This document shows positions 33,101-37,562 of a stretch of DNA of 37,562 bases, in pieces. The stretch's first letter is position 1. Each line of letters begins with the position of its first letter. Position numbers and translations under genes: made by a program. The notes below the pieces were generated by a model. The model saw only the letters and a program-made list of their open reading frames with translations. It searched no databases and was not told the DNA's origin. The stretch is from Rhizaria sp. SCN 62-66 (lineage: Eukaryota): the NCBI GenBank assembly GCA_001724265.1, contig MEDY01000306.1:1-37562 (forward strand), given 5' to 3'.

Positions 33101-36100
33101 CTGTGGCCGGTGTTAGCCCAGTGCTGCAACAAGTGTTGACGTCTCAGACTGAGCCTGCGCAGCTGCACCAACTCGACCAGCAGATTGGGCAGCAACCGCA
33201 GCCGGGTATGATGCAACAGCAGTATTACAACTTCGATCACAACAACGGCTATCGCTCAGCGCTCTCCCCTACAGACTCTCTTTGCACTCCGTACATCGAT
33301 GCGGGAGCTTACGGCGCGGGTCTAGCTCCTCCATACAATGGCGAAAACGCTACTTGCGCAATGATGCAGTATGGAAACGTGTTCAGTATGCCGACGCACA
33401 TCGACAACCCGCTGACACAGAGTCTTAAGCACCCGCTGCTGACGCCGGCGCCGACGCCCGTAGCTAGCCTCTATATGCGTGACGATGTGAGCCGCCATTC
33501 TACAAAGGTTACAGCTAGCAGCGGCACGCGTGCCCAGTCAAATCGCTCTTCGAACACGGACTCTGTATGTGATACAGATTGTGATGGTTCCAGTCCATGT
33601 TTAAATGCACGCATAGCAAAGCGGCAGCGCCAGACACAACCGTTATTGGCAAGTTCTGTTCCCGTTGCACTGTCCAATTTTGCACTCCTAGAACAACTTG
33701 CTATTTTGTCACAACAGTCTTCGCCTCGCTCACGCTCTCGCCCACAGCTACTATCAGCACCGGCGCCCGCGGGCACTCTGAGTCGCATGCTTGATAGCCT
33801 GGCGACCGGGCAGCGGCGGTGGCTGCGGCGGCGTCTGCTACTCCCGCTGGCGCTCACGCATGTGGCCGCGGTGACTGCAATTGCCGCGACAACTGTGCTC
33901 GATGTGCTGGGCACGCTTGCAAGCACTAGTGGTCACCGTGCTCACAACTCAGCTGTCACTGCTAACATTGCCTTCACTTCTACAGTGACGACCAACACTG
34001 AGCATGCGTGCGCTTACAAGCACTGGCCCGTGGCAGTCGCGGCTCTGGCGCTGGCAGGGGGGCTGCTGCCAATCGTGCTAGCAATTGTTGTCGCTGTCTC
34101 GGTTAAGGTGGCGCTTGCGGCAGCGCCAGTCTCTGCGGCAGCGACTTCGACGACTCCCGCCAGTCATGGCGCCAATACTGACAAAGCAGAGACCGTACGT
34201 GACGGCACACGTGTAAGCAACACCGCACACGTCAGTGGGCTAACACTGGTGACCCACGTTGCAGCGACGGTGGCCGCTGTCAGCGACTTGCTTTGCGAAC
34301 GCAACGATGCCGCAACTCGCAGTGCTGAGCGAGGCAGCAACATCGTCAGCTCCAGCCTATCTACCGACTCCGCGCTTGAATGCGTGACTGATGCGGCATT
34401 GCAATGCAACCTTGCTAACGGCACGGACGCTGAAAACCGCACCTACATTTCCGACGTAGACTCGGTGTATTCAGACCCGCCCACACACAGTCAGTTGGCT
34501 AACAGCCATGGCGACAGCGTGCCAAGCGTATCTGCAACTGGCGTCAGTGATTTGCCTCCCGCGGTAAGTGACGAAGTCGACGCGAGCGTTGTCCGGTGCG
34601 TGCCCGAGACCGTGCTTGATGTTCTTGATGATTGCGATCAATGCACTTCACGCGCAGGCGCTGTTGATGCAGATGCATTGGCGCTTTCAGTCGCCATTCA
34701 TGCCTACCTTTGGCTTGGTGCCGCGTTGCCACAGCAGCTCTGCATGCACATTCACGCGCAGTCTAAGCAGTTCCCTTCACGACGACGCTCTTATAAGCAG
34801 AGAGTGAATCAGCTGCAGCAATGTAACGCAGATGCCCACGCGCAGCAGCGTCCGCAGTCGTCCGACTGTCCCGCAATGGCAGAATCCGTACCCGCACGGT
34901 TCACGCGCGACCTGAGTGTGTGCCTGTCTTCGCCCTCAGATCCAGACCTTGGGTCTGGCCCTGATAACCGTTGTCGTGGCAATGACGTGGCCGGTAGCAG
35001 TGGTGACGTGTGTGGACTCGATGATGGCGACAGAGGCTACGACTGCGGGCCCGGAACCATTGTTGTCAACTCCTTTCACCGTGACTCACACGTTCTTGGC
35101 TGCGTAGCTTGTCATCTATCCGCCGTTGCAGTGAGGAATGCGACGATCACCGCCGCAGCATCTGCTGCAGTCGCTGAGGCGAATGTCAGTCAAGGCGTTG
35201 ACACCAGTAACGATGCCAATTGCAATAAGGCCCTGCATACAAATGATACGCTACAACAACGCCCGCGGCCGCGCTCGCAGTCGCAGTTGGCGGCGCTGTC
35301 CCAGCCCCAGTCCAAGACGCGGTACATGCAGCACCGACACAGTGAGCTGGCTGAGACCTTGCTGACGCCAGCTCGCATAGCGCCATCCCAAGCCGATCGT
35401 CAGACGCAGCAGGACAACTGTGATGCTCTGCAACAGACTGGCACTGGCAGCGACGCTCTGCCCTCACACCATGAGTGCGATTCTACAACGGTGCGGGTGT
35501 CTCAGCCACGTCGCCTAAGCGGCACTGTCTTTACGCAAGCTACGCGTGGTGCGTTCTTCCGCGCTAAGTCATTGTCGCAGTCGCACGCGTACACTGCGTA
35601 CACGGATAGCACTGCCACACACTGCGATGCCAGCGCCGAATCAGCTCGCGCCAATGATGCACGCGCGAGTTGTTACCGGCCACCGCAGTACTTCGTCTAC
35701 GCTCACGGCACCGGCAACGACGCTGACACCGAGGCGGGCGCACCTACGCCCGCTGCCACAAATGACTATGATACTGCCAATGCCGTCACAAATCAGAAAC
35801 AAGAGCAGCAGCTGCAGACGACCCTGGACAGCATCGTCCCAGTCCCGCCCCCGACCCCGCCACCTCTGGCCCACGTCCCCCGCGCCCGCCCGCGCTACGG
35901 CGCCCGCCCGCGCTACGGCGCGCCCGTGAGCGCGGGCGAGCGCGCGCTGCTGCGGTCGCTGGGGCTGGGCGGCGTTGGCAGCCGGGGCCCGCCCCTGCCA
36001 ATGCCGCTCGCGACGGCGACCGCAGCCGCGCTGGCCGGCACGATCGGCTGGGCGGACGGGCCGGCGTCGAATGCATCAGCAACAGCGGCAGCTGCGGCAG

Positions 36101-36624
36101 ATGCAGCGGATGCGGGGGCTGATGTTGCTGGAGACGGTGCGTACGGTGAGAGCTACTCTAACTACGATGACTACTCGCGTTATCTAGAACAACGGCAACA
36201 AGAACACAGTGCACTTAAGCAGGAGCTGGGGCTTAGCGGAAGGTCAAACGCCGATGTTGACCCCAGCAGCAACACGTACAACACCGCGGGAGGTGCCAGC
36301 ACTCGTGATGCTTCCGAACTCGGCTACGACGAACCAATCTTGAGTCCAACCACCGGACTACTCACGACGGCCGTGGCAACAGCGCAACGCAAGCAAAAGC
36401 GTCCTGCGCATGATCAATCCTGGACACGAGAGCGTGATTCTCAGCGCCAGGAGCAGCATCAGCAGCATCGGCAACAGCAGCAGCGACTGCAGCAGCAACG
36501 TAATCGTGAAAGTTGGATGGGGGCAGCGGCGGCTGCTGCTGCGGCAGAGCAGTGGGAGTGGCAGCAACAACGCCAGCGAGATCATGATGATGATCTGACG
36601 GAACATCTGGCGTACAATGGCTGA
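30162..36624 (+). CDS. Large 7TM-like membrane protein (~2020-2060 aa); exons 30162-30347, 30476-31593 (contains in-frame TAG 31034-31036, possibly removed by intron 30980-31081), 31758-36624
   Basis: GTACGT..AG introns at 30348-30475 (phase 0) and 31594-31757 (phase 2) link four ORFs in frame. Seven hydrophobic segments are visible, with long low-complexity loops and tail. Confidence 0.65.
35884..35925 (+). repeat. 18-bp coding tandem duplication (ARPRYG x2)
   Basis: gcccgcccgcgctacggc occurs twice in tandem. Confidence 0.8.
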
Positions 36625-37322
36625 CAACGACGAAGAGGGGTACTTAGGCCATTGAGCATATATATGAGGGGAAAACACCAAATATGTTAATAAGTTTACA
36701 TGGAAACTTGAAATATAACTGGGCACGCAAAGAATGAATGAACAATTCATTATTCTTCAAAACCTCTCAGCAAAACTTCCGTCAGATATGTTATTGTCAC
36801 ATTAAAACACTCTTCTAATAAAGCATTTTATTTATATGGAATGGTTTCTTTCTTCTGAATTGTGCTATCAGGCCCCAAGCATGAGCTTCGCGGCGGCAGC
36901 AGCAGCGGCGGGGGTGGCAGCAGCAGCAGCGGCGGGCTTGGCCGCGGGGGTCGCGGTCGGCGACTCAAGCCCGAGCGCGGTCGCAGCAGCGGTGGCAGGC
37001 TTCCCAACTTCTCTTTCATTGGCACGCCAACGGTGATCGCCAAGATCACAGTGTCAGACTCACATACCGGCGCGAACGTTACGTGAAAGATCTAAATGTG
37101 AAGTCCAACTATTAATATGTGTCAATTGACTCTTAGTGCTTTCACAATCTGTTGTCACAAAATTACGCAAAATTACGTAACTACATGTACGATGTCAATA
37201 ATTTGCAAAATAAGAGCGATGAAAAAAATCTGTAGTGCATGTATTACTTTTGTTATTTTTGTTATTGCGGTGATTGTGATGCAGTTGAAATTTAAGTCAA
37301 TGGTAAAGTAGCTAAGCCTAAG

Positions 37323-37562
37323 TACCCCTGATGTAGAGGTTTATGAAAAACGCAAAAACGAGCCTGGAAGGGGCGGTTTTAAATATCCATACAACTTTGC
37401 CAAACATCCGTCAAATGAAACATATTTTTGATATCATGTATGAAACTTGTTTTTTTAACTATTTTTATGATTATAATTGCATTATCGCGCTGGAGTATCT
37501 TCCTACGAAGACGCGCGGTCCCACCCCCTCCTCAACGAAGCTTGACGAACTCTTTCTTTAGC
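37323..37562. mobile_element. Probable left terminus of the same TA-flanked transposon/MITE family, running off the right window edge (TA 37323-37324, TIR 37325-37350)
   Basis: TA|CCCCTGATGTAGAGGTTTATGAAAAA is the perfect reverse complement of 72-99. Confidence 0.55.

Noticed and set aside
355..36624. Genome-wide reassignment of UAG to a sense codon
   Set aside because: About 9,000 modelled codons, including two very long weakly biased ORFs, contain only one in-frame TAG. A full reassignment would be expected to give more, so it is kept only as a local finding.
37311..37322. GCTAAGCCTAAG resembling (TTAGGC)n telomeric repeat
   Set aside because: Fewer than two full units.
37343..37561. 72-aa ORF inside the right-hand element as a possible transposase start
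   Set aside because: AT-rich, with no HTH or DDE motif recognisable.

Overview
Gene-dense nuclear DNA from a flagellated eukaryote, probably a protist. GC-rich coding exons alternate with AT-rich spacers and short (128-239 bp) GT-AG introns, 8 of 10 of which start GTACGT. Nine protein-coding genes can be modelled: (1) a 2112-aa Wee1/Myt1-type kinase whose catalytic domain is broken into five blocks by huge low-complexity inserts; (2) an RSPH1-like MORN-repeat protein fused to a paladin-type phosphatase-like domain with Cys->Ser at the CX5R site; (3) strumpellin/WASHC5; (4) a strongly codon-biased, probably secreted Ala/Lys coiled-coil protein; (5) IFT57; (6) an unknown coiled-coil protein; (7) VPS41; (8) a bacterial-type RutE/YcdI nitroreductase with an added MGNC dual-acylation N-terminus; (9) a ~2000-aa 7TM-like protein with an in-frame TAG that is either spliced out or read through. 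The first eight genes form four consecutive head-to-head pairs. The two ends of the window carry a perfect 28-bp inverted repeat (72-99 / 37323-37350) that looks like TA-flanked termini of a DNA transposon family. No rRNA, tRNA or CRISPR was seen. All family calls come from recalled motifs, not database searches.
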